Assembly: GCA_902581405.1 (NCBI GenBank)
Contig: CACHOJ010000004.1
Location: 13,527 to 77,526, forward strand
Origin: an uncultured Pelagibacteraceae bacterium
Lineage (GTDB): Bacteria; Pseudomonadota; Alphaproteobacteria; Pelagibacterales; Pelagibacteraceae
Direction of reading: 5' to 3'
Length of the DNA: 64,000 nt
The notes beneath the pieces were generated by a model. It made no database searches and was not told where the DNA came from. It saw nothing but the letters and a program-made list of their open reading frames with translations. Position numbers and translations under genes: made by a program. This document shows positions 10,507-20,122 of this stretch, piece after piece. Every line of letters starts with the position of its first letter. The first letter of the stretch is position 1.

Positions 10507-11644
10507 TTGATAATTTTTCTGATCCTTTAGATAGAAGTTCTTTATATAATTTGGTGTCCGTATCTCCCTCACATCCGATTAGTAAAACATTTGAATTCAT
10601 ATCTAATTCAAGATCTTTTTTAATTTGTTCGTTATTACAACTTACGTTTAGACTTATTACAGCAGGTGCTGAACACTCTCCTGCAATAATTTTATCATCA
10701 CCAAAGTATCCTTTTGCTAACATTGCGACCGATAATGGAATGTCTTCATCAGGAATACTTAAGCAATTATTTACTGAATTTTTGAGAATTTGCCATGGGA
10801 CCAATGATACATCTCCACAAGACATTCCACCCATGATACTTTCTTTTTCAATTTCGACTTTGGTGAGTTCACCAGCATCGACGCTTTTTAAAACACAATC
10901 TGCATTTTCTGGTTCAATAACAATAATTTTTGGAATTCTTTTAAAATATCTAGCAACACCTGCTATTACCCCAGATGCCATACCTCCAACACCTGCCTGT
11001 AAAAAAATGTGTGTAATATATTGATCAGTTTGCTTTGATATTTCTTCAATCATCACAGAATATCCAGCCATTGTTAGTTTTGGAACCGTAAGATAATTTT
11101 CCCAAGCCACATCTTGTACTATTTCCCAGCGATTTTTTTTAGATTGTTTAATGCATTCATTTAGAGAGTTTTCATAGTTTCCTTTAACTTCAACGACATC
11201 AGCGCCAAGTTTTCTCATCTCATCAGCACGTGTATCGCTAACAAATTCACTAATGAAGATTTTACAAGAAATTCCTAATCTATTTGCTCCCCATGCAACA
11301 GATTTGCCATGATTTCCTGCGGTTGCAGTTGCTACGACTACATTTTTCTTACCAGCAGAGACTTGCTCTACAGCATAAGCGCCACCAAGAGCTTTAAAAG
11401 ATTTGAGACCAAACCTTTTTGACTCATCTTTGTAAAAAATATTTTTAAGTCCAAGATTTTTTGAGAGCTTATCTAAATTAAGGAGAGGGGTGGGTTTATA
11501 AGTTTCCCAATTAGAAATTGTATTGTATGCTTTATCTATTGCACTTTTATCTAATACATTTAATATTTTCTCTCTACTAAATGAATAATTATTATTTTTG
11601 ATAAAAGATGAAAATTTTTTAATATGACTATAGTCAATAGGCAT
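10499..11644 (-). CDS. dpaL: Diaminopropionate ammonia-lyase (PLP, fold type II)
   Basis: KDESKRFGLKSFKALGG (PLP lysine), ATAGNHG, QAGVGG, IAGECSA, IGCEGDTD. Confidence 0.85.
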   Translation of the reverse strand: MPIDYSHIKKFSSFIKNNNYSFSREKILNVLDKSAIDKAYNTISNWETYKPTPLLNLDKLSKNLGLKNIFYKDESKRFGLKSFKALGGAYAVEQVSAGKKNVVVATATAGNHGKSVAWGANRLGISCKIFISEFVSDTRADEMRKLGADVVEVKGNYENSLNECIKQSKKNRWEIVQDVAWENYLTVPKLTMAGYSVMIEEISKQTDQYITHIFLQAGVGGMASGVIAGVARYFKRIPKIIVIEPENADCVLKSVDAGELTKVEIEKESIMGGMSCGDVSLVPWQILKNSVNNCLSIPDEDIPLSVAMLAKGYFGDDKIIAGECSAPAVISLNVSCNNEQIKKDLELDMNSNVLLIGCEGDTDTKLYKELLSKGSEKLSNV

Positions 11645-11647
11645 ATT

Positions 11648-12973
11648 TTAACAATCTAAGGTATTCGATCTTTCCCACTTTGTAATAGGCTTGAGTTTAT
11701 TAAAATTTTCTTTTGATTTGAAACTTTCAATTTCAGACTTTTTAAGTTTCATATAACTATTTAAAACATCTTTGCCAAAAGCATTTTTTAATACTGAATT
11801 TGAATTTAACATATCAATCGAGTCTTCTAGAGTATTTGGTAATTTTTTTAGATTTGGATATTTTTCATGATCTGTATACATATTACAAAACAAAGGTTTG
11901 CCTGGATTTATTTTTTTTCTGATACCGTTTATACCTGCTGCTAGAATTCCAGCTTGTACCAAATATGGATTAGCTGATCCATCCATAAGTCTCAATTCAA
12001 ACCTTCCAGGGTCAGGAACTCTTATCATGTGTGTTCGGTTATTTCCTGTGTAAGAGATGCTACTTGGAGACCAAGTTGCTCCTGATTTAGTAGGAGGTGC
12101 GTTTATCCTCCTATAACTATTTAGCGTAGGATTAAAAAATGCAGATAAAGATCCTGCGTTTTTAATTATACCACCTAAAAAATTGTAAGCTAGATTGCTA
12201 AGTCCGAGTTTATCATTTTTATCCAAAAATTTATTTTTTCTTTTATCCCAAAGAGAAACATGAGTATGGCACCCGTTACCAGTTAGATTTTCAAAAGGCT
12301 TGGGCATAAACGTAGCTCTAAGTCCATGTTTTTCAGCAATCGTTTTAACCATAAATTTAAAAAAAGTATGTCTATCTGCTGTAGTTAGGCAGTCTGAGTA
12401 ATCCCAATTCATTTCAAACTGACCATTAGCATCTTCATGGTCATTTTGATAAGGATTCCATCCCATTTCGATCATACAATCGCATATCTCTTTAATTAAT
12501 TCGTATCTTCTCATTAGTGAAGATTGATCGTAGCATGGTTTAGGTTGAGTATCTTTTGAGTCTGCAATTGTTTTGCCGTCAGCGGAGATTAAAAAATACT
12601 CACATTCCACACCAGATTTCATAATGAATCCTTCATTTTGCAGCAGTTTTATTTGTTTTTTTAACATTATTCTTGGAGATGCATCCACTGGTTTGCCATT
12701 CATCCACAAATCAGACGCTAACCATCCTACCTCTTTATTCCAAGGTAGTTGAATTAAACTATTTGGATCTGGAATTGCAAACATATCTGAGTCTGCCGGA
12801 GACATGTCTAACCAAGCAGCAAATCCTGCAAACCCAGCACCATTAGTTTGCATCTCTTTTATAGCTCTAGTTGGTACTAATTTTGATCTTAAAACTCCGA
12901 ACAAATCTACAAAACTTATTAGGAAATATTTTATTTTTTTTGTTTTTGCAATTTTATATAAGTTTTTTGCCAC
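11648..12973 (-). CDS. gmaS: Gamma-glutamylmethylamide synthetase (GlnT/GS-like)
   Basis: GTG start; FLISFVDLFG..RSKLVP, GAGFAGFAAWLD, YQNDHEDANGQFEMNW, GNNRTHMIRVP, RFELRLMDG; co-located with mgs/tdm. Confidence 0.85.
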   Translation of the reverse strand: MAKNLYKIAKTKKIKYFLISFVDLFGVLRSKLVPTRAIKEMQTNGAGFAGFAAWLDMSPADSDMFAIPDPNSLIQLPWNKEVGWLASDLWMNGKPVDASPRIMLKKQIKLLQNEGFIMKSGVECEYFLISADGKTIADSKDTQPKPCYDQSSLMRRYELIKEICDCMIEMGWNPYQNDHEDANGQFEMNWDYSDCLTTADRHTFFKFMVKTIAEKHGLRATFMPKPFENLTGNGCHTHVSLWDKRKNKFLDKNDKLGLSNLAYNFLGGIIKNAGSLSAFFNPTLNSYRRINAPPTKSGATWSPSSISYTGNNRTHMIRVPDPGRFELRLMDGSANPYLVQAGILAAGINGIRKKINPGKPLFCNMYTDHEKYPNLKKLPNTLEDSIDMLNSNSVLKNAFGKDVLNSYMKLKKSEIESFKSKENFNKLKPITKWERSNTLDC

Positions 12974-12994
12974 ATTAACTTCTTATCATATTTT

Positions 12995-13150
12995 TTATAA
13001 AAATGATAAAAAGAAATCTTTATAGTAAACAATATTACCAAAAATAATTATCAAGATAGCTATAACCAATCCATACTTTGCCTTTGGCCAAGCTAATCTT
13101 GCCATTTTACTCGGTGTTTTATTTATGTGATTTTTATTTTGCTCTTCCAT
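12995..13150 (-). CDS. Small 51-aa membrane protein not in the ORF track
   Basis: Read manually: MEEQNKNHINKTPSKMARLAWPKAKYGLVIAILIIIFGNIVYYKDFFLSFL*, one TM helix; alternative ATG at 13105; fills the gap upstream of gmaS. Confidence 0.55.
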   Translation of the reverse strand: MEEQNKNHINKTPSKMARLAWPKAKYGLVIAILIIIFGNIVYYKDFFLSFL

Positions 13151-13158
13151 GATTATTC

Positions 13159-13186
13159 GAGGGCGCATTTATTAAAATGCGCCCTC
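13159..13186. terminator. GC-rich stem-loop downstream of amt and the small protein
   Basis: GAGGGCGCATTT-atta-AAATGCGCCCTC perfect 12-bp inverted repeat; no U-tract on the coding (minus) strand, so possibly a stabiliser or attenuator. Confidence 0.7.
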
Positions 13187-13198
13187 AAGATTATATTT

Positions 13199-13426
13199 TT
13201 ATCCGTCAGTCATATTGCTTTTCCATGCATTGGAACTCGGCTTCCTTCTTGCAAGCTCAGAAAGTTTATCACTTTCTTGTTTAGCGCTTACAACTGTCCA
13301 ACCAATCCAAATAACAGCAAGTATAAGAACTAATATACCTTCTGATCCAACTCCTGGATAAACTGCGCCTGCAACTTCTTCAGCAGGTTTATTTAGATGA
13401 TCTATCCAATTTGATACTGTAGCCAT
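13199..13426 (-). CDS. Small single-TM protein associated with Amt
   Basis: Strong RBS (AAGGAGGG) upstream on minus strand; YPGVGSEGILVLILAVIWIGW hydrophobic segment. Confidence 0.75.
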   Translation of the reverse strand: MATVSNWIDHLNKPAEEVAGAVYPGVGSEGILVLILAVIWIGWTVVSAKQESDKLSELARRKPSSNAWKSNMTDG

Positions 13427-13437
13427 ATTACCCTCCT

Positions 13438-14838
13438 TTAACTACTCGAAGAAGCAACAGCTTTTTCATCTTCTTTTGCCTCCTCCATTATTTGGTAGTC
13501 TAAACCGGCCAACTCAACCTCCCTAGGGATTCTAAGTTTGCCCATTCCATTTAACACTTTCGCAATTATGTAACCTGGTATCATACCCAGAACAAAGAAC
13601 ATGATTATTGCACCAATAAACATTCCTAAAGGATTTATCGCAGCATAGTTGCTTCCATCCCACATTGCACCTACGCTATATCCTGAAGAAGGGTATCCAT
13701 TTAGTACAAACCCACATATTACAAGTCCAGCAAATCCAGCATAACCATGTACAGCTACTGCGCCAACTGCATCATCAATTTTGAACCTTCGTTCAACCCA
13801 GTAATGCAATTTGTAAGCAATAACTACTCCTATCATTCCAATAATTAATGATTGAATTGGATGATATAAGTCGTTTCCTGCAGAAGCGCATATTATTCCA
13901 GCAAGTCCACTTGAGTAAGTCCAGAAAGGATCACCTTTAGATATTACGTATCCTGCTAGCAATCCTCCAGAAAGTGACATTAAGAAATTCATTGTAATAC
14001 CACTAAGTGTTGTAGGAGTTACATATATGTTTGTTGCCGTAAAGTAAGTTACACCTTCCATGCCATACTCTGGTCCTAGGTCATAAATTGGAATATTACA
14101 CGCTGCGTAAAAACCCCAGAAACCTGTATAAATTAAGAATAATCCAACAGTTACCAACCAAGGATTTCTTGGTCCGATATTTCTAGGCTCTCCACTTGAT
14201 GAAAATTTTCCAATTCTTGGCCCCAAAACTGCTAAAACACCTAAAGCAAATCCTCCTGCTACAGCATGAATTACTCCTGATGCATAAGCATCATGATATC
14301 CGAGTAATTTTAACATCCATCCGTCAAAGTGCCATCCCCATGCAGCATCTATACTCCAAAATACAGATCCAATTGCAATCGCAAGAATTCCAAATGCAAA
14401 AGTTGTAATTCTTTCAATTACAGCACCTGATACTATTGAAGCAGCTGTCCAAGAGAATAATAAAAATGCAGCCCAAAATACTCCGCTTATATGATCACCT
14501 AAATTAATAGCCATAAGTTCACTATTTGGTAAATACCATTTAGCACTAAAAGCTGAGTCATCCGTAATCAGAGCTGTACTCTCAGTCATTATTGATGGTG
14601 CAAGACCTGGTCCAGTTGGAAATGCCCAATAAATCCACCAACCAAATAAAAACCAAGTAACTGTTACCAACGGTATCAGCATTGTGTTTTTCATTAAAGT
14701 ATGTTGATGATGTTTGTATCGGGAAGCTCCAACTTCATACATACAGAATCCTACGTGGATCAGAAACATAAGTACTACTGTTATCCAATAGTAAAATTCT
14801 GTGAATATGGTTGTCAATGCACCTAGTTCGTCAGTCAT
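13438..14838 (-). CDS. Ammonium transporter (Amt) family, divergent; putative methylamine channel
   Basis: SIVSGAVIER, DAYASGVIH and DDAVGAVAVHG (twin His), LGPRIGKF; RBS GGAGG. Confidence 0.9.
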   Translation of the reverse strand: MTDELGALTTIFTEFYYWITVVLMFLIHVGFCMYEVGASRYKHHQHTLMKNTMLIPLVTVTWFLFGWWIYWAFPTGPGLAPSIMTESTALITDDSAFSAKWYLPNSELMAINLGDHISGVFWAAFLLFSWTAASIVSGAVIERITTFAFGILAIAIGSVFWSIDAAWGWHFDGWMLKLLGYHDAYASGVIHAVAGGFALGVLAVLGPRIGKFSSSGEPRNIGPRNPWLVTVGLFLIYTGFWGFYAACNIPIYDLGPEYGMEGVTYFTATNIYVTPTTLSGITMNFLMSLSGGLLAGYVISKGDPFWTYSSGLAGIICASAGNDLYHPIQSLIIGMIGVVIAYKLHYWVERRFKIDDAVGAVAVHGYAGFAGLVICGFVLNGYPSSGYSVGAMWDGSNYAAINPLGMFIGAIIMFFVLGMIPGYIIAKVLNGMGKLRIPREVELAGLDYQIMEEAKEDEKAVASSSS

Positions 14839-14972
14839 TTAACCTCCAATTGTTTAAACAAATTAAATAAATATTAATAAATGGCACAACATGATCAATC
14901 TTAAATTATATATGATAAATGTTGTTTATTTTGCAGAGAACAACCTCTGGTATATATAAATTTTCAGTGATT

Positions 14973-15377
14973 CTAGAATTTTCTGTAAGCTTTTTTAAGA
15001 TCTACTAGTGGATGATTTGGAGACATTTGGAATTTTACTAACAATTCTCTAGCAATCATATCCCTATCTTGTTGATTATTTGGAAGTTTAATCTTCTTTG
15101 GAATTGTAACCCACCCATTAGCATTTCTGTCAAAAACTGCAGGTCTATCTTCTTCATATCCCATGTGAACATCTTCTAACCAATTTAAATCATCCCATCC
15201 CATTGCTTCTATGTATTTTTTTAAGAATGGTGTAATTCTTGAATAGTCTGGAAGCAGGTTAACATCATAACGATAGCCAATAGTTTGACCTATCATTTTT
15301 TCTCTAGCAGTCTCTTTTTTCTTACCTAATTGACCTTTAGTTTCTTTTTTTGCTTTTTTGTTTTTCTTTTTAGGCAT
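14973..15377 (-). CDS. Hypothetical protein in the mgs operon
   Basis: 134-aa ORF 2 nt downstream of the mgsC stop; Lys-rich N-terminus, Trp-rich core. Confidence 0.7.
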   Translation of the reverse strand: MPKKKNKKAKKETKGQLGKKKETAREKMIGQTIGYRYDVNLLPDYSRITPFLKKYIEAMGWDDLNWLEDVHMGYEEDRPAVFDRNANGWVTIPKKIKLPNNQQDRDMIARELLVKFQMSPNHPLVDLKKAYRKF

Positions 15378-15379
15378 AA

Positions 15380-16774
15380 TTAAATTTTATGAAAATCATC
15401 AACTCCTACAGTATGATTTGTTCCCGAAAGTGGCACTTTTGCTAAAGCAGAAGCTTCCATTGTTAAAGCGGCTAAATCTTCAGGTTCTAGTGAGTGAATA
15501 TTAGTTTTACCACACGCTCTTGCTAATAATTGAGCCTCTAAAGTCATTGTATGTAGGTAATTATACACTCTTAGAGCAGCATCATCAGGATTTAATCTTT
15601 TTCTAAGTTTAGGGTCTTGCGTAGCAACACCAACTGGACAACGACCTGTGTGACAGTGATAACAATGACCTGCAGGAACTCCCATCTCTTTCTCAAAATT
15701 AGACTCAGGAATTTCTTTATTACAATTCAAAGCTATCATTGCTCCAGTTCCAATTGCGATCGCATCAGCACCTAATGCTAATGCCTTAGCCATATCAGCG
15801 CCATCTCTTACACCACCAGCATATATTAGAGTTACTTTTCCAGTTTTACCAACATCATCAATTGCTCTTCTTGCTTCTCTAATAGCAGCTATCCCAGGAA
15901 TCCCTGTGTTAGCTGCAGCTATATGAGGGCCTGCACCTGTTGATCCTTCCATACCATCTAAATAAATTGAGTCAGGATCACATTTTGCTGCCATACGAAC
16001 ATCATCATAAACTTTTGCTGCACCAAGTTTTAATTGAATTGGAACTTTATTTTTTGTTAGTTCTCTTAATTCTTGAACTTTTAATGCTAAATCATCTGGA
16101 CCTAGCCAATCAGGGTGTCTAGCTGGAGATCTTTGATCAATACCAGCAGGCAATGATCTCATTTCTGCTACTTGGTCAGTAACTTTTTGACCCATTAAGT
16201 GACCACCCATTCCAACTTTTTGACCTTGTCCAATAAATACTTCTATCCCATCTGCAAGTTGTGCATGATGTGGATTAAAACCATATCTTGATTGAATACA
16301 TTGGTAATACCATTTTTCAGAATATCTTCTTTCATCTGGGATCATTCCTCCTTCACCAGAACATGTTGCACTTCCTGCCATCGTAGCACCTCTAGCTAAT
16401 GCAGTCTTAGCTTCATAAGATAAAGCTCCAAAACTCATTCCAGTGATATAAACTGGAATATCAAGTTCAACTGGATTTTCACATCTTGGTCCTATAACAG
16501 TTTTAGTTTCACATTTTTCTCTGTATCCTTCGATTACAAATCTTGTAAGTGTACCAGGCAAAAATACTAGGTCATCAAATGTGGGAATTTTTTTCATCAA
16601 TGCCATACCACGCATTCTGTATCTACCTAATTGCGCTTTTATATGTATGTCGTCGATTACTTCTGGAGTAAATATTGAATTATAACCTAATAAACTTTTA
16701 TTTCTTTTTGAAAATTCACTTTGACCATTGCCATTAGAATGACCATTTGTTTTTCCATTTTTCTTTTTTGCCAT
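15380..16774 (-). CDS. mgsC: FMN-binding glutamate synthase-family subunit (N-methylglutamate synthase C / GlxD)
   Basis: GMSFGALS, GEGGM, GQGQKVGMGGHLMGQKV, SPARHPD, GGVRDGADMAKALALGAD, CHTGRCPVGVATQDP. Confidence 0.85.
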   Translation of the reverse strand: MAKKKNGKTNGHSNGNGQSEFSKRNKSLLGYNSIFTPEVIDDIHIKAQLGRYRMRGMALMKKIPTFDDLVFLPGTLTRFVIEGYREKCETKTVIGPRCENPVELDIPVYITGMSFGALSYEAKTALARGATMAGSATCSGEGGMIPDERRYSEKWYYQCIQSRYGFNPHHAQLADGIEVFIGQGQKVGMGGHLMGQKVTDQVAEMRSLPAGIDQRSPARHPDWLGPDDLALKVQELRELTKNKVPIQLKLGAAKVYDDVRMAAKCDPDSIYLDGMEGSTGAGPHIAAANTGIPGIAAIREARRAIDDVGKTGKVTLIYAGGVRDGADMAKALALGADAIAIGTGAMIALNCNKEIPESNFEKEMGVPAGHCYHCHTGRCPVGVATQDPKLRKRLNPDDAALRVYNYLHTMTLEAQLLARACGKTNIHSLEPEDLAALTMEASALAKVPLSGTNHTVGVDDFHKI

Positions 16775-17628
16775 TATATAGCTCCTTTTTTCTCAGTTGG
16801 TTCTAAAGCGTCATAATTCCAAAGTTTTTTACCCGCAACGACCTTAGTCATCTGAGAAACATCAAAATTTTCGCCAATTTCAGCCACTTTAAGTTTTCTT
16901 TTTAACCAATCTATATCACTTTTTGTCATAGGTGACTCAATCGCATCACTTCCATATGATCCAATTTTTCCCCCAACATAGATTGTTCCATCATACATAG
17001 AGTCCCCAAGGTTTATACCCACATTACCTAAAACTACTATTCTTCCTCTTTGCATCATAAATCCAGTAAAAGCGCCAGCATCACCACCAATTATTATTGT
17101 GCCCCCTTTTTGGTCAATACCTGTTCTTGCACCAACACTTCCTTTGCAAATTAAATCTCCACCTCTTACTGCTGCTCCAAAACACGATCCTGCATTTTTT
17201 TCTATTACAACTTTTCCAGCCATCATATTTTCTGCACATGACCATCCAACTCTTCCATTAACTCTTACCGTAGGACCATCTATAGAACCAACTCCAAAAT
17301 AACCCAAACTCCCCTCAAAAATTAAGTTTAATTTATTCAAAATTCCAACACCTAGACTATGTTTTCCTTGAGGATTTTTTATTACAATTGTTCCAAAACC
17401 CTGACTCATCAATTCATCAATTTTTTTATTTGCTTCTTTGCAATCCATATCATTTACATCAAGTTCGGTTCTTTTATTAAAATCTACATCGTATGTTCCC
17501 CAATAATAAAAGTTTTCTGCTTCGTCTGGATTAAAAAACTTTTGTTGTGTTTTTCCTGTAAGAACTTCAGTATGAAGTCCCATTGATTGAGCTTTTGTTT
17601 TTTTCTCAGTTGTTTTTAAATTTGCCAT
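16774..17628 (-). CDS. mgsB: GXGXG beta-helix subunit (N-methylglutamate synthase B / GlxC)
   Basis: Repeated G-rich beta-helix (GRVGWSCAENMMAG, GSVGARTGIDQKGG, GFMMQRG, LGDSMYDG). Confidence 0.85.
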   Translation of the reverse strand: MANLKTTEKKTKAQSMGLHTEVLTGKTQQKFFNPDEAENFYYWGTYDVDFNKRTELDVNDMDCKEANKKIDELMSQGFGTIVIKNPQGKHSLGVGILNKLNLIFEGSLGYFGVGSIDGPTVRVNGRVGWSCAENMMAGKVVIEKNAGSCFGAAVRGGDLICKGSVGARTGIDQKGGTIIIGGDAGAFTGFMMQRGRIVVLGNVGINLGDSMYDGTIYVGGKIGSYGSDAIESPMTKSDIDWLKRKLKVAEIGENFDVSQMTKVVAGKKLWNYDALEPTEKKGAI

Positions 17629-18560
17629 ACTTTAACCTCTCCATCAAATGGATCATAAGTATCAATTTCTTGAGGAAGAACAGATCTGATTGCTATTTCT
17701 TCTGATCCCATTGCAACTAAATCATCTGACTCATATAAAACTAATGGTTTTGCTGCCATAGTGTCTTTAGCCATCCCAAGTGAATTTTTTGTTGCAACAA
17801 AGTAAGTGAATACTCCGTCAAGTCCAGATAAACTATCTTTCATACCCTCTTCAAGTGTAGCTCCATTTCTCATTTTTTCTGCTAAGTATACTGCAATCAA
17901 TTCAGAGTCACACTCTGACATAAATCTCATTCCTTTATTTTCTAAAATTCTTCTATTATTCCAATAGTTAGTTAATTGACCATTATGCACAACTGAAACA
18001 TCACTAAAAGGGTAGCCCCAAAATGGGTGAGCAGATTTTATGTCTACGCCAGACTCTGTTGCCATTCTAGCATGTCCAATTGCGTGAGTACCAACAAGAT
18101 CTCCTAAATTGTATCTATCACAAACAGTTTTTGCGTTACCTAAATCTTTAATTACTTCTAGGGATTTTCCCATTGATAGGATTTCAACTCCAGGAATGCT
18201 CTCTATTTTTTGTGAAAATTCAAGCAAATCTCCTTTATCATAGTCAATTTCATATCTTAGTGAATAGGGCAGTATTCTTTCTTCTTTTACAATCTTTGCT
18301 CCCATTTGAGAAAGATAACTATCAACGATTTTTTTTCTTTCATCATAAACTGATACATCTTCCATTACTGATGAACTACCTTCACCAACATTTTCACCAA
18401 CCTTAAATCGCATAATAAAGTTTTGACCATCTGTATCTCCATAAAGAGCATAACCAGTAGAATCCTCACCTCTATGCTTTAGTGCTTGAAGCATTCCTTG
18501 AAGTTCTTGACCTACGTTTGAAGATTTTCCTCTATGAATTAGTCCCGCAATTCCGCACAT
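17616..18560 (-). CDS. mgsA: Class II glutamine amidotransferase subunit (N-methylglutamate synthase A / GlxB)
   Basis: N-terminal MCGIAG, HRGEDSTG, GHARMATES, AHPF, VHNGQLTN. Confidence 0.87.
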   Translation of the reverse strand: MCGIAGLIHRGKSSNVGQELQGMLQALKHRGEDSTGYALYGDTDGQNFIMRFKVGENVGEGSSSVMEDVSVYDERKKIVDSYLSQMGAKIVKEERILPYSLRYEIDYDKGDLLEFSQKIESIPGVEILSMGKSLEVIKDLGNAKTVCDRYNLGDLVGTHAIGHARMATESGVDIKSAHPFWGYPFSDVSVVHNGQLTNYWNNRRILENKGMRFMSECDSELIAVYLAEKMRNGATLEEGMKDSLSGLDGVFTYFVATKNSLGMAKDTMAAKPLVLYESDDLVAMGSEEIAIRSVLPQEIDTYDPFDGEVKVWQI

Positions 18561-18585
18561 TGTTTTTCTCTCCTATAATTTTTCC

Positions 18586-20055
18586 TTATGGTAAACAATC
18601 CAGATAAGTATCAAGATCCCATTGAGTTGTTGCACCAAGAAATCTCTCCCACTCATCATTTTTATACCAATGAAATATTTTATACATTTCATCTGGCATT
18701 GCCGATTGAATAACTTTATCTTCAGCTAAACGATCCAATGCTTCACCAAGACTTAATGGTAATTTTTTAACGTTTTTTCCAGCCTTCTGAGCTTCATAAA
18801 TATTTCTAGACTCTGGTTTTCCAGGATCAATATTATTTTTAATTCCATCATCAAAAGCTTTTAATAAACCTGCTCCCATTAAGTAAGGGTTATGCATTGA
18901 GTCTACTGATCTGTACTCAAATCTTCCTGGAGCTGAAACTCTTAGTCCACAAGTTCTATTTTGATATCCCCAGTCAGCATAAACTGGTGCCCAAAAACCT
19001 TGGTCCCATAATCTTCTATAAGAATTTACAGTTGATGATCCAATAGCAGTTAAAGCTGGAAGGTGTTTCATTACACCACCAATTGATTTTAAGCCGATTT
19101 TACCTGGCAGCTGAACATCTTTTGTATCAGGCATAAAAGTATTTGTTCCACCTTCAACGTAAGTAAACACTTCATCCATACCTGGTAAAGATTTATGGCC
19201 TAATTTATTTACTTTGTCTTTTCCACCAGTCCATAAAGACATATTTGTATGACAACCACTTGCAGAGACTCCCATAAACGGTTTAGTCATAAAGCAAGCA
19301 ATCAAATTAAACTCTCTCGCAACCTGTGCACAAATTTGTCTATAAGTAGATAATCTGTCTGCATTTCTTAAAACATCATCATACGTCCAGTTTAATTCTA
19401 ATTGTCCTGGTGCATCCTCATGATCACCCTGTATCATGTCAAAACCCATAGCTCTCGCGTACTCCATAACTCTCATAAATACAGGTCTTAAAGATTCAAA
19501 TTGATCTATGTGATAACAATAAGGTTTAGAGAACCCTTTCCCTGTTGGAGTTCCATCCTCATTTCTAGTTAACCACATCATTTCTGGCTCCGTTCCCACT
19601 CTGAGTTGGTAACCATGTTTTTTCTTAAATTCTTTAGCGATTATTCTTAAATTTCCTCTGCAATCAGATGTAAGATGTCCACCTGGATTTTCTCTCTCTT
19701 CTCTATTTCTAAAACAAGTAACAAATACTCGAGCTACTTTTTTATCCCAGGGTAATTGACAAAAAGTCTCTGGATCTGGAATACCAACAAGTTCTTTTGC
19801 TTCAGGACCATATCCAATATAGTTATTGTGACGATCTAAAAATAAATTTGCAGTTGCTCCATAAACTAATTGAAAACCTTTTTCACAAGTTCTTTCCCAA
19901 TGATCTGCGGGAATTCCTTTACCAACAACTCTTCCTGTTACTGATATGAATTGAAAAAAAATATAATCAATTTTAAGTTCGTTTATTTTAGCTCTAACTT
20001 GTTTAACCAGTTTGGCTCTGCCTGGTTGATTAACATGCTTTTCTAGATCAGTCAT
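18586..20055 (-). CDS. Second glutamine synthetase-like gamma-glutamyl ligase
   Basis: GTEPE, DHEDAPGQLELNW, FMTKPF..SASGCHTN, WGYQNRT..RVSAPGRFEYRSVD; RBS AAGGGGG. Confidence 0.85.
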   Translation of the reverse strand: MTDLEKHVNQPGRAKLVKQVRAKINELKIDYIFFQFISVTGRVVGKGIPADHWERTCEKGFQLVYGATANLFLDRHNNYIGYGPEAKELVGIPDPETFCQLPWDKKVARVFVTCFRNREERENPGGHLTSDCRGNLRIIAKEFKKKHGYQLRVGTEPEMMWLTRNEDGTPTGKGFSKPYCYHIDQFESLRPVFMRVMEYARAMGFDMIQGDHEDAPGQLELNWTYDDVLRNADRLSTYRQICAQVAREFNLIACFMTKPFMGVSASGCHTNMSLWTGGKDKVNKLGHKSLPGMDEVFTYVEGGTNTFMPDTKDVQLPGKIGLKSIGGVMKHLPALTAIGSSTVNSYRRLWDQGFWAPVYADWGYQNRTCGLRVSAPGRFEYRSVDSMHNPYLMGAGLLKAFDDGIKNNIDPGKPESRNIYEAQKAGKNVKKLPLSLGEALDRLAEDKVIQSAMPDEMYKIFHWYKNDEWERFLGATTQWDLDTYLDCLP

Positions 20056-20122
20056 ATTCCCCCTTAAGAATTTTTAGACCAAAAAGTTAACTGAAAATAA
20101 AACATCTGTCTACTTAGATAAA

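Noticed and set aside
10507-10572. Long N-terminal extensions in the track (phrB, also tdm, tmoX, purE, GNAT, SET, Yip1-like)
   Set aside because: Downstream ATGs fit family N-termini, RBS positions or stop/start coupling better.
15380-18560. Split glutamate synthase (GOGAT) for ammonia assimilation
   Set aside because: The three-gene glxBCD layout, no small NADPH subunit and the gmaS/tdm context fit N-methylglutamate synthase better.
11648-20055. Recent duplication of glnA, or true glutamine synthetases
   Set aside because: The two GS-like proteins are very different from each other, and both lack the GSI FDGSS motif.
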